Position numbers and translations under genes: made by a program
Notes under the pieces: generated by a model
What the model saw: only the letters and a program-made list of their open reading frames with translations
The model's database searches: none
Told to the model about the DNA's origin: nothing
Origin: Nannocystis pusilla
Lineage (GTDB): Bacteria; Myxococcota_A; Polyangia; Nannocystales; Nannocystaceae
Direction of reading: 5' to 3'
DNA: 64,000 nt
NCBI RefSeq assembly: GCF_026626665.1
Contig: NZ_JAPNKE010000002.1
Coordinates: 1,229,204-1,293,203 of the forward strand
Shown here: one piece after another, positions 19,000-27,880 of the stretch
How the letters are laid out: each line of letters opens with the position of its first letter
Numbering within the stretch: position 1 is the stretch's first letter

Positions 19000-20061
19000 T
19001 TATTTCTTTGGCCGGGCCGAGGTCGATCCGTCACGCCGCGCGCCGGGCCCGAGACGAATCTCGAGGCCGCCGCCGAAGCGCACGCCGACCGGCTGGGTGA
19101 TGAAGACGAGCTCGTCGCTGACGGTGAACTGGGCCCGCAGCGGAGCGATGACGAAGTCGGTGCGGACGCCGAGGCCGACCCGAGGATGCGGCGACCACAC
19201 GAGGCCGAGGCCGAGCAGGACGGCGAACCAGGGCGGGCGGGCCTGTCGGCGGTCGACGGTGATGCCGGCGCCCTCGGCGAGGAGCTGGCCGCCCTCGAGG
19301 CCGAGGCACACCGGGATCTCGAGCGAACCGGGGAGGAACCGGCCGCAACCGCGGACCCCCAGCGCCCAGCGAGCGACGACGCCGACCCGGGCGTCCTCGA
19401 AGGTCAGCGGGCGCGCCGGCATGTAGTGGCCCACGGCCTCGACGCGGAGGCGGTGGTAGAGGAAGCCGAAGGCGCCGCCGATGTCGCCGGCGATCGTCGG
19501 GGTGGCGCCGGCGTCGATCGCCCCGTCGACGCGCAGGAGGACGCTGAGCTTGTGGGCGCGCGCGGGTGGGGGCGCGGGCGGACGCGAGGGCGGAGCGGTG
19601 GGCGGCGCGGGCGGGGGATCGCGGACCGGCGAGGGCTCGGGATCGACGGGGGCAGGCTCGACGGGGTCAGGCGGCGGCGGGACGGGGGTCGGAGGCGCGG
19701 GCTCGGGTTCGGGCTCGGGTTCCGGGGCAGGAGGCGCGAGCTGGTTGGCGAACTCGAGCGGGTCGATGGCGATGGCGATGATCAGGGCCGCGGCGCCGTC
19801 GAGCGAGTCGCAGGCGTCGGCGCGCTCGACCCGGCGCTGGGTGAGGCGCTGGGTGTGGATGTCGAGCCGCAGCTCGTAGCGCCCGGCGACCCTGCGGACG
19901 ACGCCGCGCACGCGCACGCCCTCGAGGTCGGGTGGCCGGGTGAGGGCGGCCAGAGCTTCGAGGACGTCGTCGCGGGTCGGGCAGCCCGCGGGGGCGCGCC
20001 ACTCGATCGCAGGCGGTCCGGCCAGCGACAGGAGGAGCAGCGCGGAGGTCGGACCGAGCAT
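19000..20061 (-). CDS. Hypothetical secreted protein with Pro-rich linker
   Basis: Internal start MLGPTSALLLLSLAGPP (signal peptide) with GAGG RBS. PAPEPEPEPEPAPPTP linker. C-terminal Gly-rich domain. The listed ORF extends 89 aa further upstream as junk. Confidence 0.5.
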   Translation of the reverse strand: MLGPTSALLLLSLAGPPAIEWRAPAGCPTRDDVLEALAALTRPPDLEGVRVRGVVRRVAGRYELRLDIHTQRLTQRRVERADACDSLDGAAALIIAIAIDPLEFANQLAPPAPEPEPEPEPAPPTPVPPPPDPVEPAPVDPEPSPVRDPPPAPPTAPPSRPPAPPPARAHKLSVLLRVDGAIDAGATPTIAGDIGGAFGFLYHRLRVEAVGHYMPARPLTFEDARVGVVARWALGVRGCGRFLPGSLEIPVCLGLEGGQLLAEGAGITVDRRQARPPWFAVLLGLGLVWSPHPRVGLGVRTDFVIAPLRAQFTVSDELVFITQPVGVRFGGGLEIRLGPGARRDGSTSARPKK

Positions 20062-20360
20062 GGCCGCAGCAGCCTCGGATGGTAGACGCGAGCCCCGCCG
20101 GGACGCCAGGGGGCTGCGGCGGGGCGGCGCCGAGTTTGTCCGGCGTTCGGCGGCGGAGCGGTGAGCTGTCCTTCGGGACATGTGAACCGCGAGCGCGACG
20201 CGGCGCCCGGGGCGGAACCGCCCGGCGGTCGCGGGCGCGCCAGGACGCTCGGGGCGGTGTCCGCGGGGTGTCAGCGCGGGCGAGGCGGCGGCGTTGTGGG
20301 GCTGCACGCCGAGGCACGAGGCTGTCAAGCTGGCCCGTGCCCCGGCCCAAGGAGACGCGC

Positions 20361-22529
20361 ATGAACCCGTGGATGAAGTGGATCCTCCTGGCGACCCCGC
20401 TCGCGCTGACGCAGTGCCGCTCGAGCTCGGTGACCCCGATCGGCACGGTGACGCCCGACGGCAACAACAACGTGATGCTGGCCCACGGGCAAGGGGACGT
20501 GGCTTACGAGGCGCCGCCGCACACGTTCTCGGCGCGTCCGCATCCGCCGCGCAACCGGAGCGACGCGCCGCCGCCGAACCTGGCGGCGCTGCCGAAGATG
20601 GTGTCGCGGATCGATCAGTGCTACGGGCCGAGCGGCGGCGCCATCGCTTCCGGTGGCGGTCCCTCGGGCGGGGCGATCCCCAAACCGACCAAGAAGCCGG
20701 CGCCGCCGAAGCCGAAGTACAAGCAGGTGACCTACGGCGGCGGCTCGGCGCCTCCGCCCTCGCCGTCGCCGATCCAGACGACGCCGTCGGCCGGGGCGCT
20801 CGGCAAGGGCGAGGGGGCGGCGGGTCGCGGCAGCAGAGGGGGATTCGATGCCGGCGCAGCGCCGCCGCAGTCTCCTCCGCCGCCGCCGGTGACGGCGTCG
20901 AAGTCGGCGAACTCGCAGGGCGACGCCGACACGCGCCGGGCCGAGAAGGCCGAGCAGAAGAAGCAGAAGAAGGACCGCGGGCGCGACAAGGCGGCGGAGG
21001 AGCGCCCGGGCACCGCCGCGGCGGCGCCGGCCGAGGCGCAGGTGGCCCGTGACGAGGCGGAGGACACGAACTCGGTGGCGTACGAGCCGGTCCAGCAGGT
21101 CGGCGACGGCGAGGCCCAGTACAGCGACTGGGGTCAGGCGACGTACCTGTCGAACGACGACACGATGAGCATGTCGTCGGCGCAGCGGGTGATCTTCGCC
21201 ATCGACAAGTTCCTGCCGGTGCCGCTCGAGCACATCCGGCCGCACGAGCTGCTCAACTACTTCTCGTTCGAAACGGCCGAGGTGGCGCCGACCGACGACT
21301 TCTCGGTGCTGCCCGAGATCGCCAAGGATCCGAAGCAGGACGGGATCTACAACCTGGCGCTGGCGATCCGCGGGCGCCCGGTCGACAAGCAGGCCCGGCG
21401 CAACGGCAACCTGACGTTCGTCGTGGATCGCTCGGGCTCGATGAGCGACGAGGGCCGCATGGACTACCTCAAGCGGGGCATGCGGAAGATGATGGGCGAG
21501 CTCAAGACCGGCGACCTCGTCAACGTGGTGCTGTTCGACCACGAGGTGTGCGTGCCGGTGGAGAACTTCGTGGTCGGGCGCGACAAGCCGGAGGTGCTCG
21601 AGAAGGCGATCGAGCGCATGAAGCCGCGCGGGTCGACCGACGTGCACGCAGGCCTGACCCGCGGCTACGAGCTGGCCGACCGCGGCTACCAGCACACCTA
21701 CAACAACCGCGTGGTGCTGGTCACCGACGCGCTCGCCAACACCGGCAACACCGACCCGCGGACGATGTCGATGGTGGCCAAGTACTACGACGAGCGGAAG
21801 ATCCGCCTGTCCGGCGTCGGCGTCGGCACCGAGTTCAACGACGCGCTGCTCGACAAGCTGACCGAGCGCGGCAAGGGGGCCTACGTGTTCCTCGGCTCCG
21901 AGGCCGAGGTCGACGCGGTGTTCGGCCCGCGCTTCATCTCGCTGCTCGAGACGACGGCGATGGACGTCCACTTCCAGCTGCACCTGCCGCCGTCGCTGCG
22001 CATGAACGTGTTCTACGGCGAGGAGAGCTCGGCGGTGAAGGAGGACGTGCAGGCGATCCACTACTTCGCCAACACGTCGCAGCTGTTCCTGTCCGACCTG
22101 ATGGCGCGCGGCAAGAAGCTGCGGCCGCAGGACCAGATCATGCTGACCATCGAGTACGAGGACCCGGAGTCGGGGCAGAAGATGGTCGAGGAGCGGGCGT
22201 TCCAGCTGGCGGAGATCGAGCGCGAGGCCTACAACATCCGCAAGGGTCGCCTGCTGATCGCCTGGGCCGACCGCCTGGCGCTGATGGCCTCGCGGCCGCA
22301 GCCGATCGGCACGGCGCCGGTCGCAGGGGCGTGGATCGACGCCGACGGCTGGCAGCAGTGCGAGCAGGGCAAGGCCGACCTGCGCGACATGGCCCAGGGG
22401 ATGAACGACCCCGAGGTCACCCGCGTGCTGTCGCTGTGGGACAAGTTCTGCGCGCGCTACGAGCAGCCGCGCAACCCCGTGCGCCGCACCCCGGCGTCCG
22501 GGCCCGACGCGTGGCCGTCGGCCCGCTGA
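20361..22529 (+). CDS. vWA domain lipoprotein (~720 aa)
   Basis: AAGGAG RBS. MNPWMKWILLATPLALTQC lipobox. Long low-complexity linker. MIDAS motif LTFVVDRSGSM, then conserved vWA and C-terminal domain. Confidence 0.8.
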   Translation: MNPWMKWILLATPLALTQCRSSSVTPIGTVTPDGNNNVMLAHGQGDVAYEAPPHTFSARPHPPRNRSDAPPPNLAALPKMVSRIDQCYGPSGGAIASGGGPSGGAIPKPTKKPAPPKPKYKQVTYGGGSAPPPSPSPIQTTPSAGALGKGEGAAGRGSRGGFDAGAAPPQSPPPPPVTASKSANSQGDADTRRAEKAEQKKQKKDRGRDKAAEERPGTAAAAPAEAQVARDEAEDTNSVAYEPVQQVGDGEAQYSDWGQATYLSNDDTMSMSSAQRVIFAIDKFLPVPLEHIRPHELLNYFSFETAEVAPTDDFSVLPEIAKDPKQDGIYNLALAIRGRPVDKQARRNGNLTFVVDRSGSMSDEGRMDYLKRGMRKMMGELKTGDLVNVVLFDHEVCVPVENFVVGRDKPEVLEKAIERMKPRGSTDVHAGLTRGYELADRGYQHTYNNRVVLVTDALANTGNTDPRTMSMVAKYYDERKIRLSGVGVGTEFNDALLDKLTERGKGAYVFLGSEAEVDAVFGPRFISLLETTAMDVHFQLHLPPSLRMNVFYGEESSAVKEDVQAIHYFANTSQLFLSDLMARGKKLRPQDQIMLTIEYEDPESGQKMVEERAFQLAEIEREAYNIRKGRLLIAWADRLALMASRPQPIGTAPVAGAWIDADGWQQCEQGKADLRDMAQGMNDPEVTRVLSLWDKFCARYEQPRNPVRRTPASGPDAWPSAR

Positions 22530-22793
22530 CAACGCAGTGACACCGACGGCCGCGGCCCGACGCTTCGTCGCGGGGCCGCGGCCTGCGTCTGAAGCACGCC
22601 GCGCTGACGCTCCGCCGCGGGGCGACACGGCGGCCGTCGCTGCTTGCGGAGCGCGCTGCGACGCCGCGGGCGGGGCGCTCCGGCGCGGGTGCTGTCGGGC
22701 AGCCGAGGTCGTCGAGCCGGGCTGCCTGGCCTCGGGAGCATGTCCCCAAGAGCCTGCCCCTCGGAGCATGCTCCGAAGGACCTGCCCTGCGGG

Positions 22794-23549
22794 TCACATG
22801 CAGGGCGGCGAGGCCTCGATCGTGTGGCCGCAGTGGACCTGGGCCTCGGCCGGGCCGGTGGCGGCGATCGTGAGGTGGTAGAGGCGGCAGGCGAGGGTGT
22901 TGCCGGCGGCGTCCTCGGTGTTGTACGGCTCGGTGTCCATGAAGTTGGCGCAGGTGGCCATGCAGTCGCCGGGGCTCGGGTGCTCGGTCGGGCAGATCGA
23001 GGTGGCGATGGCGCAGAAGCCCTCGCAGCTCTGACCGCACGCGCCGGCGCCGCTGGGGCCGGCGTGGATGCAGTGCATGCCCGGATCGATCGAGGCCATG
23101 CCGGCGTGGTAGGCCCGGCAGGACAGCGAGTTGCCGGAGGTCTCGCCCGGCGAGCCCGGCGGGAGGCCGCCGCAGGCGCCGAGGCAGCTCTCGTTGCTCG
23201 GGTACTGGGCGTTGGTGCCGGTGCAGCTGCCCATCATCGCCGCGCAGTACATCTGGCAGCCGACGTCGGTGTCGCCGCCGGTGCTCGAGGTGCCGGTGGT
23301 CGGGTCGCCGGTGCTGGTGACCGGATCGACGTCGCTGGTGGTGGTCGAGGAGGTGGGCTCGCCGGAGGTCCAGTCGGTCGTGGCGGTGGTGGTCGTCGTG
23401 GTGGTCGTGACGTCGCCGCTGACCTGGGTCGCGGTCGTGATCATCGCGGTGGTGCTCGCGGCCGAGCCGGTGTCGTCACCGCCCGAGTCGTCGAAGCAGG
23501 CGGGGAGCAGGAGGGTACCGAGGAGGGGAAGGAAGGCGCGAGAGGTCAT
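22794..23549 (-). CDS. Cysteine-rich lipoprotein, paralog A
   Basis: MTSRAFLPLLGTLLLPAC lipobox, poly-Thr linker, ~130-aa C-terminal domain with ~16 Cys that aligns to the next gene. Ends ...SPPCM. Confidence 0.7.
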   Translation of the reverse strand: MTSRAFLPLLGTLLLPACFDDSGGDDTGSAASTTAMITTATQVSGDVTTTTTTTTATTDWTSGEPTSSTTTSDVDPVTSTGDPTTGTSSTGGDTDVGCQMYCAAMMGSCTGTNAQYPSNESCLGACGGLPPGSPGETSGNSLSCRAYHAGMASIDPGMHCIHAGPSGAGACGQSCEGFCAIATSICPTEHPSPGDCMATCANFMDTEPYNTEDAAGNTLACRLYHLTIAATGPAEAQVHCGHTIEASPPCM

Positions 23550-23600
23550 GCGTGGGCCTTGCGTGGCGGCGTGAACCGGCATGGTTGAAGGGACATGTCT

Positions 23601-24293
23601 TTACATGCAGGGCGGGGAGTCCTGGAGGGTGTGCGGGCAGTGCACCGCGGCGTCGGTCTCGCCGGTGGCGGCGACGGTGAGGTGGTAGAGGCGGCAGGCG
23701 AGGGTGTCGCCGGCGACGTCGCCGACGTCGAACTTCTCGTCGTCGGTGAAGCCGGCGCAGGTCGCGAGGCAGACATCGAGGCTGGGGTGCTCGCCCGGGC
23801 AGACGGACACCGCGAGGGCGCAGAAGCCGTCGCAGTTGTCGCCGCAGGCGCCGCCGCCGCCCGGGCCGGCGTGGACGCAGTGGGTCGGCGCGTCCATGGC
23901 GGCGGCGTCGGTGTGGTAGCGGCGACAGGCGTAGCTGTTGCCCGAGACGTCGCCGCGCGCGCCGGCGGGGAAGCTGGCGCAGGCGCGCTTGCAGCTGTCG
24001 GCGTTGGGGTACTGCGCCTGCGGGTCGAGACAATTCGTCATGACGTCGGCGCAGTAGTCGGCGCACAGCGCCTCGTCGACGCCGGTGGTCGAGGTCTCGG
24101 TGTCGCCGGAGGTGGTCGACGTCGACGTGGGCTCGGCGGTGGTGGGCCCGGCGGTGGTGGGCTCGAGGGTGGCGGCAGAGGTCGTGGTGGTGCTGCTGCC
24201 GTCGCTGCCGCTGCCGGTGCTCTCGTCCCCGGGCTCCGACTTGCAGGCGGCGAGCACGAGCGAGACGACGAGCGCGGTGGCCGGCTTCCCCAT
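23601..24293 (-). CDS. Cysteine-rich lipoprotein, paralog B
   Basis: MGKPATALVVSLVLAAC lipobox, S/T linker, same Cys pattern (CxxYCxxxMxxC...AQYP...SGNSxxCRxYH...HCxHAGPxGxGACG...CxGFCAxAxSxCPxEHPS...CxATCAxF...TLACRLYHLTxAATG...HCxHT...SPPCM). Confidence 0.7.
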   Translation of the reverse strand: MGKPATALVVSLVLAACKSEPGDESTGSGSDGSSTTTTSAATLEPTTAGPTTAEPTSTSTTSGDTETSTTGVDEALCADYCADVMTNCLDPQAQYPNADSCKRACASFPAGARGDVSGNSYACRRYHTDAAAMDAPTHCVHAGPGGGGACGDNCDGFCALAVSVCPGEHPSLDVCLATCAGFTDDEKFDVGDVAGDTLACRLYHLTVAATGETDAAVHCPHTLQDSPPCM

Positions 24294-24444
24294 GGCGATC
24301 CGCAGTCTGCGGCCCGCGCGATCGCGTTGTCAACCACGGGCCGTGGGGCCGGAGGGCCGCAGCGGCGCCGCTTGAGACCTGTCTGAAAGGACAGGTGAAC
24401 GGAGGGGGCGAGCGCGGGGCCGCGGCGCGGCGCGTGGGCGCGCG

Positions 24445-24765
24445 TCAGCGCAGGCAGACGTGGCTGATCTCCTCGGCCGAGCCCGCCCGCGCGATGCACT
24501 CGCGCGCGCCCGGCGGGAGCGACAGGCCCTCGCAGCGCTGCAGCTCGGGGACGAACCGCCGCGCGAACTCCTGCTGCTTGCGCCGCGTGAGCTCGGGATC
24601 GCGGTAGCCCTGCTCGGCGAGCTCGAGGGCGACGATCCGGTCGAGGATGACGGCGCAGTCGTCGGCGCCGGCCCGCTCCGAGCGACACGTGAGCAGCAGC
24701 AGCGCGACGCCCAGCGGGGCGAGGCGGCGCGGCTTCGGGGTCGGTGGCTGCTGCGGGTCGAGCAT
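24445..24765 (-). CDS. Small hypothetical lipoprotein
   Basis: LGVALLLLTC lipobox, 106 aa, unbiased composition. Confidence 0.45.
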   Translation of the reverse strand: MLDPQQPPTPKPRRLAPLGVALLLLTCRSERAGADDCAVILDRIVALELAEQGYRDPELTRRKQQEFARRFVPELQRCEGLSLPPGARECIARAGSAEEISHVCLR

Positions 24766-24813
24766 GGGCGGCAGTGAGTGGTCTTCAGGACATGTCTCAA
24801 AGTGCAGGCGACA

Positions 24814-25650
24814 TCAGCGGTCGCGGGTGAAGTGGACGCGGATGGCAGGCGAGGGGGCGCGGACCGGGCGGCCGTCGCGGTCGAGGGCGGGGGTGAAGCG
24901 GGTCCGGCGGGCGCAGGCGAGGGCGGCGGCGCCGAAGCCGTCGCCGGGGTCGGTGACGAGCTCGGCGGACTCGACGACGCCGCGGGCGTCGACGGTGACG
25001 CGGATCGTGGCGACCTGCTCGTCGAGCGCGAGGCCGTCGGCCTCGAGCGGCCAGGGGCAGTTCCACTCGTCGCTGGCGAGGGCGACCGGGCGCGAGCGAT
25101 CGACGGCGCCGGGGGAGGCGGGCGGTGGGCTGGCGGTGGGCGCGGGCGGGGGCGCGGGCGATGGCTCCGAGCTGGCGTTCGGGACAGGTTTGGTACCGGT
25201 GCCGGTCGAGCTGGTGGCGCCGCCGACGTAGGCGCTGGCGTTGCCGACGACGACGACGTCGCCGGTGAGGTCGAGGGCGCCCGGCGGGGCGGCGACGACC
25301 TTGCCGGCGCGCGCGGGGGCGGGCCGGGCCGGTCGTGAGGGGGCGGGCGGGGCGGAGGCGACGGCGGGGGCCGGCTCGCTGGCGGCTGGGGGAGGCTCGG
25401 ACGGCGGGGGCTCGGGCGGCGGAGGCGTTGGCTCGGTGCGCTCGACGTCGGCGAGCTGCAGGCGGGTCAGCTCGTCGTGGACGCGCGCGGCCATGGTGGC
25501 GCTCCAGGTCTCCAGCGTGGGCTGGGCCCGCAAGATCATCACCGCGACGCCGAGGTGCAGGAGGACCGCGACGACGATCGCGTGGTGCCGCCGCGAGGCC
25601 GGCGGCGCGGCGGCGGCGAACACCTGGGCGGCGATGCCCGGCCGAGTCAC
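24814..25650 (-). CDS. tonB: Energy transducer TonB
   Basis: N-terminal TM helix, Pro-rich spacer (PPPPEPPPSEPPP), C-terminal TonB domain. Confidence 0.7.
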   Translation of the reverse strand: MTRPGIAAQVFAAAAPPASRRHHAIVVAVLLHLGVAVMILRAQPTLETWSATMAARVHDELTRLQLADVERTEPTPPPPEPPPSEPPPAASEPAPAVASAPPAPSRPARPAPARAGKVVAAPPGALDLTGDVVVVGNASAYVGGATSSTGTGTKPVPNASSEPSPAPPPAPTASPPPASPGAVDRSRPVALASDEWNCPWPLEADGLALDEQVATIRVTVDARGVVESAELVTDPGDGFGAAALACARRTRFTPALDRDGRPVRAPSPAIRVHFTRDR

Positions 25651-25664
25651 CCGCGGACCTCCGC

Positions 25665-25940
25665 GAAGAACGTCTTATGAAGAGACAGGTGAGGGGCCGG
25701 GGCGCTCGTCCGGGCTCGTGCGGGCGCCTGGACGAGCGCGAAGGAGGATGGCCCGAGGGACAGGTGATGAGCCGCTTCGGGCCCGGCGGAGGATGTCTCG
25801 AAGGACGGGTCATGAGCGGCGGCGAGCGTTCGTGCCGGTGCCTGGGCGAGCGGGGGAGAGGATCGCTCGAGGGACAGGTGAGGAGCCGCGCCGGGCGCTG
25901 CAGAGGATGTCCCGAAGGACAGGTGATTCGGCGACCGGGT
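25665..25940. repeat. Tandem ~100-bp repeat x ~2.5 built from motif cores (GAGGATGTCYCGAAGGACRGGTGA / CGAGGGACAGGTGAKGAG), between exbD and tonB
   Basis: Read directly. Repetition also visible in junk ORF 25335..26006. Confidence 0.6.
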
Positions 25941-26380
25941 CACGGCGCCGCCTCCTGGCCGGCGGGGCCTGGCGCGGGGGACAGGGTGGCGAAGGCGACG
26001 CGGTAGACGCCGCCGCGCTGGAGGGCGTCGATGGTGGCGATCACGCGGCGGTGGGGGACCTCGCCGTCGGCGTGGATGACGGCGCGGACCTGCGGGGTGC
26101 GGGCGCGCACGGAGGCGGCGCGGGTGACGAGCTCGTCGTCGCCGGCGATCGGCTCGCCGTCGACGAGGGTGGCGCCGCGCTCGGGGACGATCACCGACAG
26201 GACGACCTGGACCTCGCCGGCGGTGCTGGCCTCCGGCAGGTCCATCTCGACCGCGGGGGTGACGATGATCTTGGCGGTGACGATGAAGATGATGAGCAGC
26301 ACCAGGACGATGTCGACCATCGGCGTGACGTTGATGCCGACGATCATGCCGCCCGGATCGCCGCTGCCGTGGCCGGCCAT
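25940..26380 (-). CDS. exbD: Biopolymer transport protein ExbD/TolR
   Basis: MAGHGS...INVTPMVDIVLVLLIIFIV. Start overlaps the exbB stop (ATGA). Confidence 0.85.
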   Translation of the reverse strand: MAGHGSGDPGGMIVGINVTPMVDIVLVLLIIFIVTAKIIVTPAVEMDLPEASTAGEVQVVLSVIVPERGATLVDGEPIAGDDELVTRAASVRARTPQVRAVIHADGEVPHRRVIATIDALQRGGVYRVAFATLSPAPGPAGQEAAP

Positions 26381-26382
26381 CA

Positions 26383-27069
26383 GCGCGCCTCCGGCTGGCC
26401 TTCGGGACCTGTCGTATCGGACATGTACGCGAGGACGAGGTTGGTGAGGGCCTCGCTGCCCTGGCACAGCGAGGTGATCTTGCGCTGGAAGGCGTTGTAG
26501 GCGGCGACGGCGGGGAGGGCGACGAGGAGGCCAACCGCGGTGGCGACGAGGGCCTCGGCGATGCTCGACATGACGGCGTTGGAGGCGACCTGCGAGGCGG
26601 CGCCGGTGCCCCCGCCGTGGCCGGGGGCGGCGTGGCCGAGCTCCTCGAAGGCCGCGATGACGCCGATGACGGTGCCGAGCAGGCCGACGAACGGGGCGTT
26701 GTTGCCGAGGGTGCCGAGGAAGATAAGGCCGCGCTCGAGCTGGCCGCGCTCGAGGGCGAGGGCGCTCTGCATGGCGTACTCGGCGGCCTTGGGCCCGCGG
26801 TCGGCGAGGCGCAGGCCGGCGGCGGCGATCGCCGCGGCGACGCTCGGCGAGGCGGCGAGCAGGTTTAGGGCGCCGTCGCGGTCGCCGGCCTGCAAGAGGG
26901 CGGCGACGCGGCCGGCGAGCACGCGCAGGTCGCCGCCGCGGGCGCGCAGGACCAGCCAGCGCTCGACGGTGAGGGCGACGCTGACGACCGAGAGCAGGCC
27001 GAGCAGCCACAGCACCCAGCCGGCGCCGGCGCGGAGGAAGAGCTGCTGGAGGGCGTCGATCGGGGTCAT
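26383..27069 (-). CDS. exbB: MotA/TolQ/ExbB proton channel protein
   Basis: LGTLGNNAPFVGLLGTVIGVIAAF...AYNAF signature. Confidence 0.85.
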
Positions 27070-27073
27070 GGGA

Positions 27074-27802
27074 TCATTCCTCGGCGGCCCAGGCGAACCG
27101 CGGCGGGACGGCGATCATGGCGAAGCGGACGGCGGCCAGGGCGTCGGCGGCGGGCGAGGCCGGATCTTCGGCGGCCAGGGCGGCGAGGTCGTGCGGGCCG
27201 GGGCCGAGCTCGGCGAGCTCGTCGAAGTCGACGCCGGCCCACCAGGCGGCGCCGTCGATCGTGACGTCGAGCGCGCCGCCGACGTCGAGGTCGAAGGGAC
27301 CGACCCGCAGGCCCTCGATGGTGCGGCTGCCGCGGAGCACGGGGGCGACGTCGAGGTCGGCGGTGAACTCGAAGGACATGTCCGCAGAGACAGCCGTGCC
27401 GGCGAACCGGGCCGCGCGCCCGCCCGGCGCGCCGTCCTGGGCGCCCGGCTTGGCCTGCGTCTTGAGCCAGGTGACGCCGTAGTCGAGCATGGCCGAGCGG
27501 ACCTGACCGGGCAGGACGTCGAGCTCGCCGAGCGCCTGAGGCCCGGGGTCGAGCAGGTCGACGGGGGCGACCGCGGCGAACTCGGCGGCCGCGGTGGCGC
27601 ACAGTTCGGAGGAGGCGGCCGCGGTGGCGCACAGGTAGAGCGGGCCGAGGCCGACTTCGGCGCGCGTGAGGGTCACGGTCCAGGCGCCCGCGGTCAGCTC
27701 GGCCGCGGCCCCGCGCGCCCGCAGCGGGGCCTGGAAGGCCGGCTCGCCGGTGGCGCCGCAGGCGGCGCAGAGCAGGAGGAGCATGGCTGGTCGGAGGGAC
27801 AT
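27074..27802 (-). CDS. Hypothetical lipoprotein
   Basis: MSLRPAMLLLLCAAC lipobox. 242 aa. Confidence 0.45.
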   Translation of the reverse strand: MSLRPAMLLLLCAACGATGEPAFQAPLRARGAAAELTAGAWTVTLTRAEVGLGPLYLCATAAASSELCATAAAEFAAVAPVDLLDPGPQALGELDVLPGQVRSAMLDYGVTWLKTQAKPGAQDGAPGGRAARFAGTAVSADMSFEFTADLDVAPVLRGSRTIEGLRVGPFDLDVGGALDVTIDGAAWWAGVDFDELAELGPGPHDLAALAAEDPASPAADALAAVRFAMIAVPPRFAWAAEE

Positions 27803-27814
27803 GCGCGAAAGGAC

Positions 27815-27880
27815 CGGTGACGAGGGACAGGTGCGAGAGGACAGGTCTGGAGGGACAGGCGGCTAGAAGTGCAGGGTGAG
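27815..27880. repeat. Motif cluster (GGGACATGCGCGAAAGGACCGGTGA, GGGACAGGTG, GGACAGGTC, GGGACAGGCGG)
   Basis: Read directly, between the lipoprotein start and the TBDR stop. Confidence 0.55.

Noticed and set aside
27066-27865. 5'-ward extension of the 1152-aa ORF beyond the TBDR
   Set aside because: The real receptor ends ...VMGTLTLHF* at ~27866 in a shifted frame. The listed continuation is R/P-rich wrong-frame sequence overlapping the lipoprotein gene 27074..27802.
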